From contig NOWV01000226.1 in assembly GCA_003344405.1 (NCBI GenBank), forward strand, positions 1 through 64,000: a stretch of DNA of 64,000 nucleotides. The letters run 5' to 3'. This document shows positions 30,109 through 41,084 of the stretch, piece after piece. Made by a program: the position numbers and the translations under genes. The stretch comes from Trichoplax sp. H2. Taxonomy: Eukaryota. The notes under the pieces were generated by a model. It was not told the origin of the DNA, did not search any database, and saw only the letters and a program-made list of their open reading frames with translations. How positions within the stretch are numbered: position 1 is the first letter of the stretch; every line of letters begins with the position of its first letter.

Positions 30109-31127
30109 TTCAGTACTATTATCAAATTTTTTAAATTTTTCGCCTAATTTAGGTTGTAGTGTTAATATATTCGTTGCATACTTTTAAAAGCGAAACAGCC
30201 GCTGTAAATTATTTTCTACATATTCTCGCTTAAGTTAGTAATAAATAATCGATGGATTACATTACGTAAATGCACTGACTATACTTATTTTGAAATTATC
30301 AATCGATGTGCAGAGCCATTCCCTGATGCGCTAAATGTACCTAGTAGAACACTGAATCTATAACAATAATTATTCATGCCTAAATATTTTTACAATCTAA
30401 CACTCGGAATATATCTATTATTTCTTGAATTTTTTCAAGATAATTAAATTGTCTAAAATAGGATAACATGTTAGTGTAAAATTTAAAGTTTATTGACTGT
30501 TATATTCGAGTGATATCAATTAACCGCCATAGCAATAAACCTTGACAATTTCGATCTTATCAATCGATACTTGTTCATAGAACTTACTGATTTTAAAAAC
30601 AATTTCAGCAGTTTATAATTTTAAGATTACAAGATTGTCTAATATCAATACATAATTTAAATGGCGTTATTTGTATAGCTACGCGTATAATTCGAGCTAA
30701 AATTGTATGATTCTACAGTGAACAGGTGTAGTATTATGAATGTATCAGCTCGAAGATTTACAATAAAATTCGATCGAAATGATAGTCTTTATACATCATT
30801 AGTTCTACGAAATCTTAACAACAAACTGATGAAATAAAGCAGTCATTACTGAAACCAATAAACTAAACTCTTTCTCATTACCTTATTTTGCAAATTATGT
30901 AGTCATTAGTAACATTACTGCTTTAGACATTGCAAATGATTACATTGATAATAAAAATTATAAAGTGACTACGATATGTATGCCAATATACAACATACGA
31001 AATTAATCAAGTAAATCCGCTATACTGTACACAATATCAACTAGAAGAGTAAAATTGGGGTTTAAAACATGATAAGTTAGGGTACATCAAAGCTTTTCAA
31101 TTTGTATATTTATTTACTGGTGATAGA

Positions 31128-34100
31128 CTAATGTCGTCTTCTTGTTCGAGATATTCTCCATGAATTTGGTTCTTCATATTTGTTGTACAACGGTTCCAAT
31201 CGTTCTTGCTTCTTTCTTTTACTGAGTTTTGTCGGATCGGAAAATCTAAAAAATGTAGACGCAAATTCAACTAGCCAACGAGGATCAATAGACGTAACTT
31301 CACGCATGTATTCTTTGGTGGTTTGAACTAATTCATGATAGACAACCCAATCTGGTTGATGATTGAACAGTGCACTAGAAGGATGAATGTAAACAATTTG
31401 ACTATCGACAATGGTTCTGTAGCCCTCTTGAGGATCTTTCTTAGCAGCGTTACGGAAAAATCCACTACATATCGTTTTCTGTACTCGTACTACATTTTTA
31501 CCGCATGAGATAATATCCAATTTGTGCCTATCCATGATACCTAATAATTGTTTACGAACATCTTGAGCACGACGGAGAGTTCGTGCTTGTACAAAATTTT
31601 CAAAACACCAGGGATTGGAAAATTTATTATTCTTCCACGAATTATAAACTGCTAATAATGTTAAATGATCACCTTCAGGTTGATGAAATTTTGCTTTCTT
31701 TTGATCGGCTAAAGCTTGCTTTTCTTTAGGTCGATAAAATACATTTTGAACGGATAACATCGATACAATAGTTAATAATTCTTCACTACAACCTAAATGG
31801 ACTGATTGTATTAACACTTTCGATAATGGTGGCTCTAAAGGAAATTCTGCCATACGTCGACCTAATCGTGTTAGTAAACCTTCTTCATCTAATCCACCCA
31901 ATGAATGTAACTGTTCCATGGCAATGATCATACTGCCCATAGGTGGTGCATCCATGAAATCGAATGATAATAAATCATTGATTCCCATTGCTTTAAGCGA
32001 TAGTACAGTACTAGCTAAGTTAGTACGTTGTATTTCTGGAACAGCACTTGACAACATCTCGTCTCGATATGCTCTTTCAGTGTACAATCGATAACATTTA
32101 CCAGGTCCAGTGCGACCAGCACGGCCAGCTCTTTGTTTAGCTTGAGCTTGTGAAATCGGTGAAACAACTAATGAATCGAAACCAGTTTTAGAATTATAAA
32201 CTTTTTGTTTTACAAATCCGGGATCTACTACATAATAGACACCATCGATTGTTAACGATGTTTCAGCAATATTGGTAGCAATGACAACTTTACGGCTACC
32301 AGGAGGTGCTGGATCAAATATTCTAGTTTGCATTTCTGATGGTAGAGCACTATAAACAGGTAAGATAATCAACTCTGGTACTTCAGGCCCTAACGACTTC
32401 ATTCGTTCGTATAAAATTTCACAAGCTGTCTCAATTTCTTCTTGTCCAGTTAAAAATACCAATATATCACCGGGTGGTTCGGTTAAATGAATTTGCATGA
32501 CAGTAATTAAAGAAGCATCTAAATAATCACTTTCAGCTTCTTTAGTGTATAACATTTCAACAGGATAAGTACGCCCAGGTATGGTAAATATCGGCGCTTC
32601 AAAGAAATAGGAAGAAAATTTGACGGCATCTAGTGTTGCTGAAGTGACTATTAGCTTTAGATCAGGTCTCTTTTTGACAGCTTTTTTCATTAAACCAAAG
32701 AGGACATCAGTATGTATTGTTCGCTCATGTGCCTCATCCAACATTATAATCGAGTATTGATTAAGATCGGAATCGATTAAGCATTCTCGTAATAACATAC
32801 CATCGGTCATGTATTTAATTTTAGTCTCTGGTGAAGTACAATCTTCGAAACGGATAGTGTAGCCCACTTCTTGGCCTAACCGACAACCAAATTCTTCAGA
32901 GACTCTTTTAGCAACTGACATTGCCGCAACACGACGTGGTTGAGTACAACCAATTTTTCCATAAGAGATGAAACCTTCTTCAGCCAAATATTGCGTAATT
33001 TGAGTAGTTTTACCGCTACCGGTTTCACCAATAACAATCAAGATTTGATTACCAGCGACAGCTTGAACTAGATTTTCTTTTAATTTATAAATAGGTAAGC
33101 CTTGTCGTTGTTCAAGAATAGATAGGGTAGTTTTGCGCCCGTATGATGCTTTAATACCGCCAAAAGATTTAATTTTCCATTCAGGCATATCTTGTGCGGG
33201 CATACCCATACCACGAATGCTATCAGCTAATAAGCGGCCAGTATTATCTGGCATGGGATCGATCCAATTTTTATTTAAATCTTTGGGTACCTCTTCTTGT
33301 TGTGCTTGTCTTTGTGCCATTTTCATTTCACGACGATCTTTGGCTAAAGCACTTTGTGTGATAGCAGCACGCTGTAATGAGCCATCGGGATTTTTAACAA
33401 TTTTAATAGGACTAACATCAATACTTAATCGTGTTTGGCCTCTTAAGAAAGAAGGTTCTTCTTCTTTTAATTCGATTTCGATATCCTCATCCGATTGAGG
33501 ATCGCCTTTATCAACTATGCTACTGGTAATTTCTTCATCTAATTCGGGATATTGAGATTTGTCGACCACACCAGAAGATATCAATTGTTTAATTTCCCAT
33601 CTTTCAGGCGATGTCATTCGTTGAATACGCCGTTTAGAAGCCTTATCGTCCTCTTCTCGTACAACTAGACGTGGTACAGTAGCTGGACGATCGGGATTTC
33701 GACTAGTATCAATTTTATCTTCCAATTTTCTATGTCTACCACGATTAGAATTTAAATCTTCACCATTGGCTTGGTCGACATCACGTATAGATAAGCTCAT
33801 CTTTGTACCAGTATATGATAGCACTTTAACATAAACTTTTTGACCACGAGTAACCACGTCAGCAACATTGGCAACCCTGCCTTCACGGCGTATTTCCGAG
33901 ACATGGACTAAACCTTCAAATTTACGACTGAAGCCTTCTAACTGGACAAAACAGCCAAATTGTAATATACTTGTAATACGACCTCGATAAATTTCATATA
34001 TTTCGGGTTCTTTGGGTGGTGGCCTATTAACATGTGCATCAGATCGTTCTGATCGATGTTTGCGATGGCCATCCGGGCTTTTCGATCTTTTCCGACGCTT

Positions 34101-34640
34101 ATGTCGGTCATTTCTGTCATGATGTTGCTTCAATTCTGGACTAGGGCTTCTTTTATGATGATGTTTCCTACTTGGTCTATCTGTTGGTGGACTAGATGGA
34201 GCATTTTTTGATTTTTCTAGTAATTCTTCCAATTGATTCATCGTTGCATCAACCTCTTGACGATGTTGATCATTTTTCTCGATTTCTTCGTCAGGTAGGC
34301 ATAAACTTGGAAATATCTTTCTCTGTTCTACAGTCTCATTATTGCTTTGGCCCACCTGAGTCTCTGATGACAGTAAGTTACTCTCTTGAGAGGCATGTTT
34401 AGTGAGGAATTCAGGTTTCATTTGTTGAATAATACGTAATAAATTGGCAACAAATGAATCGGGAAATTCGGCACCATTTTCAGCCAGCACGGCTTTGAAT
34501 TGCTCCAAAGTAGAATTTTGCTCCGCTAAGGAAATGATAAATTCGGCAAGATCTTTATCATTCAAGCCTAAATGATTTTCTAACTCTGTGCATACTTTAG
34601 AGACCAATGAGAGATGTTCCAACCTTTGAAGTTCGTCCAT
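31128..34640 (-). CDS. DHX8: DEAH-box pre-mRNA splicing helicase DHX8/Prp22, 1170 aa, single-exon CDS
   Basis: N-terminal [20 protein letters not shown]1 domain ([18 protein letters not shown]), [16 protein letters not shown] and QRAGRAGR motifs, and C-terminal [17 protein letters not shown]. Confidence 0.98.
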   Translation of the reverse strand: MDELQRLEHLSLVSKVCTELENHLGLNDKDLAEFIISLAEQNSTLEQFKAVLAENGAEFPDSFVANLLRIIQQMKPEFLTKHASQESNLLSSETQVGQSNNETVEQRKIFPSLCLPDEEIEKNDQHRQEVDATMNQLEELLEKSKNAPSSPPTDRPSRKHHHKRSPSPELKQHHDRNDRHKRRKRSKSPDGHRKHRSERSDAHVNRPPPKEPEIYEIYRGRITSILQFGCFVQLEGFSRKFEGLVHVSEIRREGRVANVADVVTRGQKVYVKVLSYTGTKMSLSIRDVDQANGEDLNSNRGRHRKLEDKIDTSRNPDRPATVPRLVVREEDDKASKRRIQRMTSPERWEIKQLISSGVVDKSQYPELDEEITSSIVDKGDPQSDEDIEIELKEEEPSFLRGQTRLSIDVSPIKIVKNPDGSLQRAAITQSALAKDRREMKMAQRQAQQEEVPKDLNKNWIDPMPDNTGRLLADSIRGMGMPAQDMPEWKIKSFGGIKASYGRKTTLSILEQRQGLPIYKLKENLVQAVAGNQILIVIGETGSGKTTQITQYLAEEGFISYGKIGCTQPRRVAAMSVAKRVSEEFGCRLGQEVGYTIRFEDCTSPETKIKYMTDGMLLRECLIDSDLNQYSIIMLDEAHERTIHTDVLFGLMKKAVKKRPDLKLIVTSATLDAVKFSSYFFEAPIFTIPGRTYPVEMLYTKEAESDYLDASLITVMQIHLTEPPGDILVFLTGQEEIETACEILYERMKSLGPEVPELIILPVYSALPSEMQTRIFDPAPPGSRKVVIATNIAETSLTIDGVYYVVDPGFVKQKVYNSKTGFDSLVVSPISQAQAKQRAGRAGRTGPGKCYRLYTERAYRDEMLSSAVPEIQRTNLASTVLSLKAMGINDLLSFDFMDAPPMGSMIIAMEQLHSLGGLDEEGLLTRLGRRMAEFPLEPPLSKVLIQSVHLGCSEELLTIVSMLSVQNVFYRPKEKQALADQKKAKFHQPEGDHLTLLAVYNSWKNNKFSNPWCFENFVQARTLRRAQDVRKQLLGIMDRHKLDIISCGKNVVRVQKTICSGFFRNAAKKDPQEGYRTIVDSQIVYIHPSSALFNHQPDWVVYHELVQTTKEYMREVTSIDPRWLVEFASTFFRFSDPTKLSKRKKQERLEPLYNKYEEPNSWRISRTRRRH

Positions 34641-34684
34641 ACTTGACTTGTTGAGGTAGCTCTTGGTCTAGAAGGCAATCAATT

Positions 34685-34991
34685 ATGAATTATAATATAA
34701 TAATTCAATCATCATCAACATTCTTATTCATACCAAGATCATGAATTATAATATAATGATTGAATCATCATCAACATTATTCTTCATACCAAGATCATAA
34801 ATTAGAATATAATGATTTAATCATCATCAACATTCTTATTGAAACCAAGATCATGAATTGTAATGTAATAATGATTTAATCATCATCAACATTATTCTTC
34901 ATACCAAGATCATAAATTAGAATATAATGATTCAATCATCATCAACATTCTTATTGAAACCAAGATCATGAATTGTAATGTAATAATGATT
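34685..34991. repeat. Minisatellite/VNTR of 56-59-bp units (ATGAATTATAATATAATGATT.AATCATCATCAACATT.TT.TT.ATACCAAGATC) immediately upstream of DHX8
   Basis: 5 complete units plus a partial unit before the gap; 4 units in the second copy at ~35208-35437. Confidence 0.92.
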
Positions 34992-35011
34992 NNNNNNNNN
35001 NNNNNNNNNNN

Positions 35012-35400
35012 ACGGCTTTGAATTGCTCCAAAGTAGAATTTTGCTCCGCTAAGGAAATGATAAATTCGGCAAGATCTTTATCATTCAAGCCTAAATGATT
35101 TTCTAACTCTGTGCATACTTTAGAGACCAATGAGAGATGTTCCAACCTTTGAAGTTCGTCCATACTTGACTTGTTGAGGTAGCTCTTGGTCTAGAAGGCA
35201 ATCAATTATGAATTATAATATAATAATTCAATCATCATCAACATTCTTATTCAACCAAGATCATGAATTGTAATGTAATAATGATTTAATCATCATCAAC
35301 ATTATTCTTCATACCAAGATCATAAATTAGAATATAATGATTCAATCATCATCAACATTCTTATTGAAACCAAGATCATGAATTGTAATGTAATAATGAT
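35012..35400 (-). other. Duplicate of the DHX8 5' end plus VNTR after the N-gap; likely the alternative allele rather than a paralog
   Basis: 35012-35163 is identical to 34489-34640, begins exactly at the gap, and differs from the left copy mainly by two fewer VNTR units. Confidence 0.8.
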
Positions 35401-36499
35401 TGAATCATCATCCAAATTATGATTAATACCAAGATTCCAAGTCGATCGTCACTTTACCTAACCCTAACCCTGTTTGTTATTATTATTATGATTACTACTA
35501 CGTTTTTGACAGACGTGCTTTTCTACCGCTAGCAGACTATTGTACCATCGATTACTCACTCCATCTTACCAGTAAGATGAAGGGATCAACAGTCATATCC
35601 GACTCTTCCAATTTTGATTAACTTTTCAAAGTATTCTAGTAGTGTTGATACTATGAGAGTATCAATTCGTCGCCATTCACAATCATCATGGAAAGTACAT
35701 GAAAATTGGTTGTTCAAAGTTGACTGAGTGGTCGCTTTTCTACTTACTGTACCCTGGTAGACTACTTTCTGTCGTTGTCGAGCAGACATCCTTACGACAA
35801 GTTTAAGAGGTGAATGGCCAAGGCACCTTCCCTGCTGCTTTGTTGCAAATCTTGATTTCAAGACTATCTAAACTGCAGGAGTTGGATATTACTGTTCATC
35901 TAGCAGATGAAGTAGTCCATGACTGTGCTGTGCTATCTATCAGTAAGTACACCGATAGTTGATTCAATCAATCCATCCATCTTATGTACTAGATGAGGAT
36001 TTTCGACGTTGACTTGTTGTCAGAATAGGATTGCATCTGCAGTCACTTTGACTACCGTGCTATCGATCGATGGTGATGACCAACAACTTGTACAGTATAA
36101 CTCCATTTAATACAAACTCTCCACACTACGTCTACCAATTTTCTTTCATACTTACTTTGAATACAATTTACTTTCCTTCAAGACTTTCCACTTTTAAATA
36201 CCAATGGATAGAATGGACAGATTCTGCATGCAGCAATAACGCCAATGGTTGGAGAGCGAATTCTCGGTTGCCCACTGCTCTGCATGTGTTTGATGGAGTG
36301 AGGCAAAAAGAGACAGCCCGCCTGCTCCCTTCTTCTACTCAATCTACTATACTGTATCGCTGAAAGCGTCCACTGTACTGTAGTTGGTATAAACCAACTT
36401 GACCGACCCTGGACAGAGGACACGACGCATGAGCACTTGCGGTTGTACGTTCGTGGCATATTGTACACAGACGAAATATGCGTCTGCTATACTGCCTAC

Positions 36500-36800
36500 T
36501 GTACAATACAGTAATGTACGATACGCATACCATACAGTCACTGTCAGTCAGAGAGTACAGTGTACAGTGCAGTATACTGTACTGTGCTGTACTGTACACT
36601 GTACGCGAGCAGCCATTTCAGCATCAAACGTCACACGAACGTCGCGTCGCCTACCAAGACAAACGATTGACACTTGTGGTTGACTGCAAGTATGCAGATG
36701 ACACATATTCACTACTGAGTTCTACTGTAGTGTAGAGTATACAGTACAGTGTAAAATGATACTGTACAGTATGAGTGTACAGTACAGTACTGTACTGTAC
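36500..36800. repeat. Dense ACAGT/ACTGT (TACAGTA/TACTGTA) pentamer-rich low-complexity tract
   Basis: Examples: GTACAGTGTACAGTGCAGTATACTGTACTGTGCTGTACTGTACACTGTAC and GTACAGTACAGTACTGTACTGTAC. Confidence 0.8.
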
Positions 36801-36886
36801 GTCGCGTTTTATTGATCCACATTGGATCCTAAAATGGTGGGATACAGCTAGACGGCAGAGCAGACTCTACTGTAGTGTACATGTAT

Positions 36887-37245
36887 TTAGGATAAGAAGA
36901 AGAACTTGATTACATCCATAAAAAGGTTACAGAAGATGAGCAATCCAAAAGCGATCGCTAATAGTAGAACGTTTGTCGAGTAATCTCAATTTAGCAAATC
37001 TGAGAGGCTACTTTAGCTCTCGATCTCCAAGACCGTTTTATACGATCCTGGCCCATCTTATTGGTCAACCTATTTTGAACAAAACTCCAACACAAATATT
37101 TCAAGATGTAGGTCATTCTCGGCCTGCGCTGTGACCAATCTGAGGCCAAACATCGCAGCTCAACAACAGCCTGGCGACCGATCCAACATAGCGCGAACAA
37201 CCCAATCGATCATATCGAAATTCTAATACAGATGACATTATTACA
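36887..37245 (-). mobile_element. Second, 3'-truncated copy of the LTR seen at 14506-14929
   Basis: Minus strand begins TGTAATAATGTCATCTGTATTAGAATT and aligns through GCGCTATGTTGGATCG, GCAGGCCGAGAATGACCTAC, GAGCTAAAGTAGCCTCTCAGATTTGCTAA to TTCTTATCCTAA. The last ~65 bp are missing. Confidence 0.8.
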
Positions 37246-37327
37246 GGCTGCATCCGCCAGTTTCCTATTACACTAATTTATTATGACTAGTATCATAGGC
37301 TGTGGGACTGGATCGGTAACACAAGCT

Positions 37328-38172
37328 GTACTAGTACTATGGTAGGTCTTCCTTTATTAAGTGAGTCCATGTCCAGTAGACCGTGGTCTGTCTGTCTGTC
37401 TACCTTGCCTGTACTTAGTATACTAGTCTTATGGTAGGTCTTCTTCTACTAATATTAAGTGAGTTCATGTCCAATTGTCCAATGTCCAGTAGACCATGGT
37501 CTGTCTGTCTATCTTGCCGGTACTAGTGCTATCGTGCTATGGTAGGTCTTCTTATACTAAGTGAGTCCATGTCCAGCGTGTCTATCTGTCTATCTTGCCG
37601 GCACTAGTACTATGGTAGCCAAGCCATTGGTAGGTCTTCTTTTTTAAGTGAATCCATGTCCAGTATGTCTGTCTGTCTACCTTGCCGGCACTAGTACTAT
37701 AGTAGCCATTGGTAGGTCTTCTTGTACTGTACTAAGAGAGTCCATGTCCAGAAGTCTGCCTGTCTACCTTGCCGGCACTAGTACTATGGTAGCCATTGGT
37801 AGGTCTTCTTGTACTAAGTGAGTCCATGTCCAGAGGTCTGTCTGTCTACCTTGCCGGCACGAGTACTATGGTAGACATTGGTAGGTCTTCTTTTACGAAG
37901 TGAGTCCATGTCCAGTACTTCTGTCTGTCTACCTTGCCAGTACATAGTACAGTACAGTACTGTGGTAGGTCTTCTTTTATTAAGTGAGTCCATGTCCAGT
38001 AAACCATGGTCTGTCTGTCTATCTTGCCTGTACTTAGTGTACTCGTCGGGTCGGTCTTCTTCTATTAAGTGAGTCCATGTCCGGTAGACCTTGGTCTGTC
38101 TGTCTACCTTGCCTGTACACTGTACAGTGTACAGTGTACAGTAACAGTACTAACAGTAGTACTATGGTAGGA
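37328..38172. repeat. Minisatellite, ~9 diverged units of ~80-100 bp (TATGGTAGGTCTTCTT..TAAGTGAGTCCATGTCCAG..TCTGTCTGTCTACCTTGCC)
   Basis: The CCATGTCC core recurs at ~37367, 37467, 37567, 37654, 37742, 37824, 37906, 37990 and 38075. Confidence 0.92.
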
Positions 38173-38819
38173 ATGTTGCGCAATCTACTCCTACTCAATG
38201 GCTCCCTGTTCCGGAAAGAGTCAATATTGCCAAATCGACTGCAGCTTCGTCACATCGTGAATAAATAAATACTCGGCCTTCTCCACGCCATCAATTACGT
38301 GCAGTAATGTCAACGCTATTTTTAACCTCTTGCTTGCAATCCTTCGACCATCAGTAATAGCGTGTCCAACCCTTTTGACCATTTTGGCTATGACTTCTCC
38401 AATAAGTCTTCAGAAAGTGCTCAAATCCCGTCATATTCAAGCAGAATTCGTAAGTGCTAACAAATATCATAGTAGGAGTGTAGGACTACAGCCAATACCA
38501 TTCAGCTTTAGCATCGTTCTACATACAGTCAGCAGGTTGTAAATTGACTTCTTCATATGGGCCCACCGTACCACCACAACTCGATCACTTTGAATAAAAC
38601 TCGTCTTGGAAGAAGCGACAAGCCATGCAAACAATTGCCATCCTAGCAGCATAACGCAGTCAAAAATCAACACAACGTTAGCAAACATACACTACGCCAA
38701 TCTCTCAAGTTGACATCACTATCATTTCAACAATTCCATACATTCAATGACCATCAAGTACAGTAGAGTATCTACCAGTGCCATCAATCACTCTCTTTCA
38801 TGTATATATACAGTTGTAT

Positions 38820-39960
38820 CATGACAACGGATTGTTGTAGAGTAGTTGAACTATCTGTCCATAATAACTATCCCTTTTATGAAGTTAATCGACATCAATG
38901 GTACAATACATGTTTCAACACCATAAAATCACTTATCCAGGTTGAGATCGCTTGCAAAATATCCAATCAACATCACACTCATGACACTGTTTAACGATCC
39001 TAGCATACTAAGCAAACCGTCAAATTTTGCAAATAGTATGATTACGTTTTCACTTGATTCTCCACATATCAATGATGTTGCTATGGCATGACAGATTTCC
39101 CGTTAGCATTGATCCCTCGATTCTCAATGTCCAATGTTGAAAAATAAACCTTCCCCTGTAAAGATAGTCATTCTTCAACTGACGCCTTAATTAACTCAGG
39201 ATTAAGATGAACGATGTTAATTTCAATTCCATGCTACTACCAAACTATTAAACATTCTTACAGTTTGACCAGCCTGTCATGACCATGATTGCATTATGCT
39301 TTCACCGGATCTCATTACTTTCAGTATGGTGGTCAATACCATCGATTTGAACCTCTATCAACTCTATGGTCTTGCAAAAGAGCTTTTGCAATTTACTGTA
39401 CTGTACTGTATGTCATCTTGCTAGACACAGTTATATTACATGGCCACTATCCGTTAGTATTGTACACGACTTCATTACCAGAACTTTTTTTAAAGTGTAG
39501 TATTGTACACAATTTCCTATTCCTCCACACTCAGTGGACAGTATAATCGAGTCTATCGTAGAAAAATGCAATGATTGCTTCAACGATATTAAAATCAATC
39601 GTCACATTCATGAATTTCCATACAAGTTGAATACTCCATCGGCCATGTTAGCACTATGTTATACCATGGATGACTATACAGCTAGACTTGTAGTAGTATC
39701 ATACAAGACTTGCTACAACTTGTCTCCATTGCAACATTCTACATGTTTGATGGCCACTATAGACAGTACTACTATTCAGCGTAGAATCTAGTTTGTTAAA
39801 ATAGACGTTGTCAATGATCATTTAAGTAATTGATATTCATAAATTTTATACAAGTTTTCCATTCCATAAGTCTTATATCGTCATCGGCATCATTGATGCC
39901 GTTGCACTCCAATCTTGAGTTGAAGTCACTCATCTTCTCCCCGTAAATTCGTCAATTAAT
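38820..39960 (-). pseudogene. Possible heavily decayed BTB-BACK-like coding remnant
   Basis: Broken minus-strand frames give EINIVHLNPELIKASVEE*..GKVYFSTLDIEN, LFAKFDGLLSML, HECDVD/LDILQAISTW and VLKHVLYH*CRLT, with a related HECD..FNIVEAII at ~39560-39615. Many stops and frameshifts. Confidence 0.25.
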
Positions 39961-41084
39961 CCGTATCAGAATTTGTTTTAATTAATGACAACATTTTTAC
40001 ACTATGGACTACTACACCAAGTTCTACTACTGTATTTAACTTAGTCTAAAATAGAAATTGCTAATTAATTATCACTTTAATTGATATTCAAATGCATATT
40101 ATTATTTCCTTCAATTGTATACTTTGCAAGGTAATCATCTTGGTACGCTGATTCAACAGGTGGTCAATAAAAACAAATCTAGTAATTATGAAGGGCATGT
40201 TTAAATTCAATTTTACTCGATTAATGAACATCACAAGCAAATGCCCATTCCAGCCACAGTAACATGACTAACATCAACAACTTCGATTAGCAGTAAACTG
40301 TACTGTACTGTTCTGCAAGCTTGTGCACCACCAATCTTTACGTTAAAGACGCGTCTATATTTGAGGATAAAATTCATATCAGAACTACGTACAGTTCAAT
40401 AAAACATTATTCTACTTTAAAATAAACTGTCTCTCGAGTATAAATTTTACATTTTTGATAAACAAGCTTTCCGCTTGCTATCACAACGAAGACATTAGTA
40501 AACCAGTGCGTAATCGAGATGTTGAGGTCTATCTACAGTAGTACGACAGCTCTTGGCTAGAGTTACTGCTGTGGTTCCGGATTTTAAACTAAACTAAATT
40601 TTTCAATGAAGACTTAATTAAGGCATACGCCTATCTTTACTCTGAATATCTACTTGCCTTTCAATAAAACCTGATTATAAAGGCTATTCCTTATTAAGTA
40701 AAGCTTGACGTTAATTCAATACATTCAAGTAACTTAGTCGTGGACAATCTACGGCTTGTAAATATACTGCTTACTTACGCGCACACATATATTCATAGTA
40801 AAGAATTGACGATACCGTTAGGTTCAAAGCATAGATGCTTTCATTTTATATTCCAATCTTCACTATGCATATGAAAACTAATCACCTTTCAATGAAATTG
40901 TTTTCATCCACGCGTATTCCTATATCTTGTATCCGGGATAATGAGATAATTTACTCTTGAAACAAAGCTTATAGATGTGTAACTTATAGTGATAACATCA
41001 TACTGTATAGGAAATAAAATTGGTTAGAGTAATGGCGCAAATCATAAATCGAAAATCTTAGTATGCTTATATTTATTCTCACAG

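Noticed and set aside
33133..34402. ORFs overlapping DHX8 (33133-33498, 33938-34120, 34196-34402)
   Set aside because: Shadow frames of a conserved CDS with no independent features.
34966..35163. Apparent second DHX8 gene start
   Set aside because: Identical to 34489-34640 and begins at an N-gap; best explained as an unmerged allele or assembly overlap.
35456..35471. CCTAACCCTAACCCT telomere-like repeat
   Set aside because: Only ~2.5 units; too short to call an interstitial telomere or healing site.
36070..36735. Cluster of overlapping short ORFs on both strands
   Set aside because: Largely produced by stop-poor ACAGT/ACTGT low-complexity sequence (YSTVQ/CTVLY peptides); no recognisable domain.
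37328..38172. CRISPR-like or hammerhead-ribozyme array
   Set aside because: Eukaryotic context, linkers are related to each other rather than unique spacers, no cas genes, and the CTGATGA/GAAA hammerhead core is absent.
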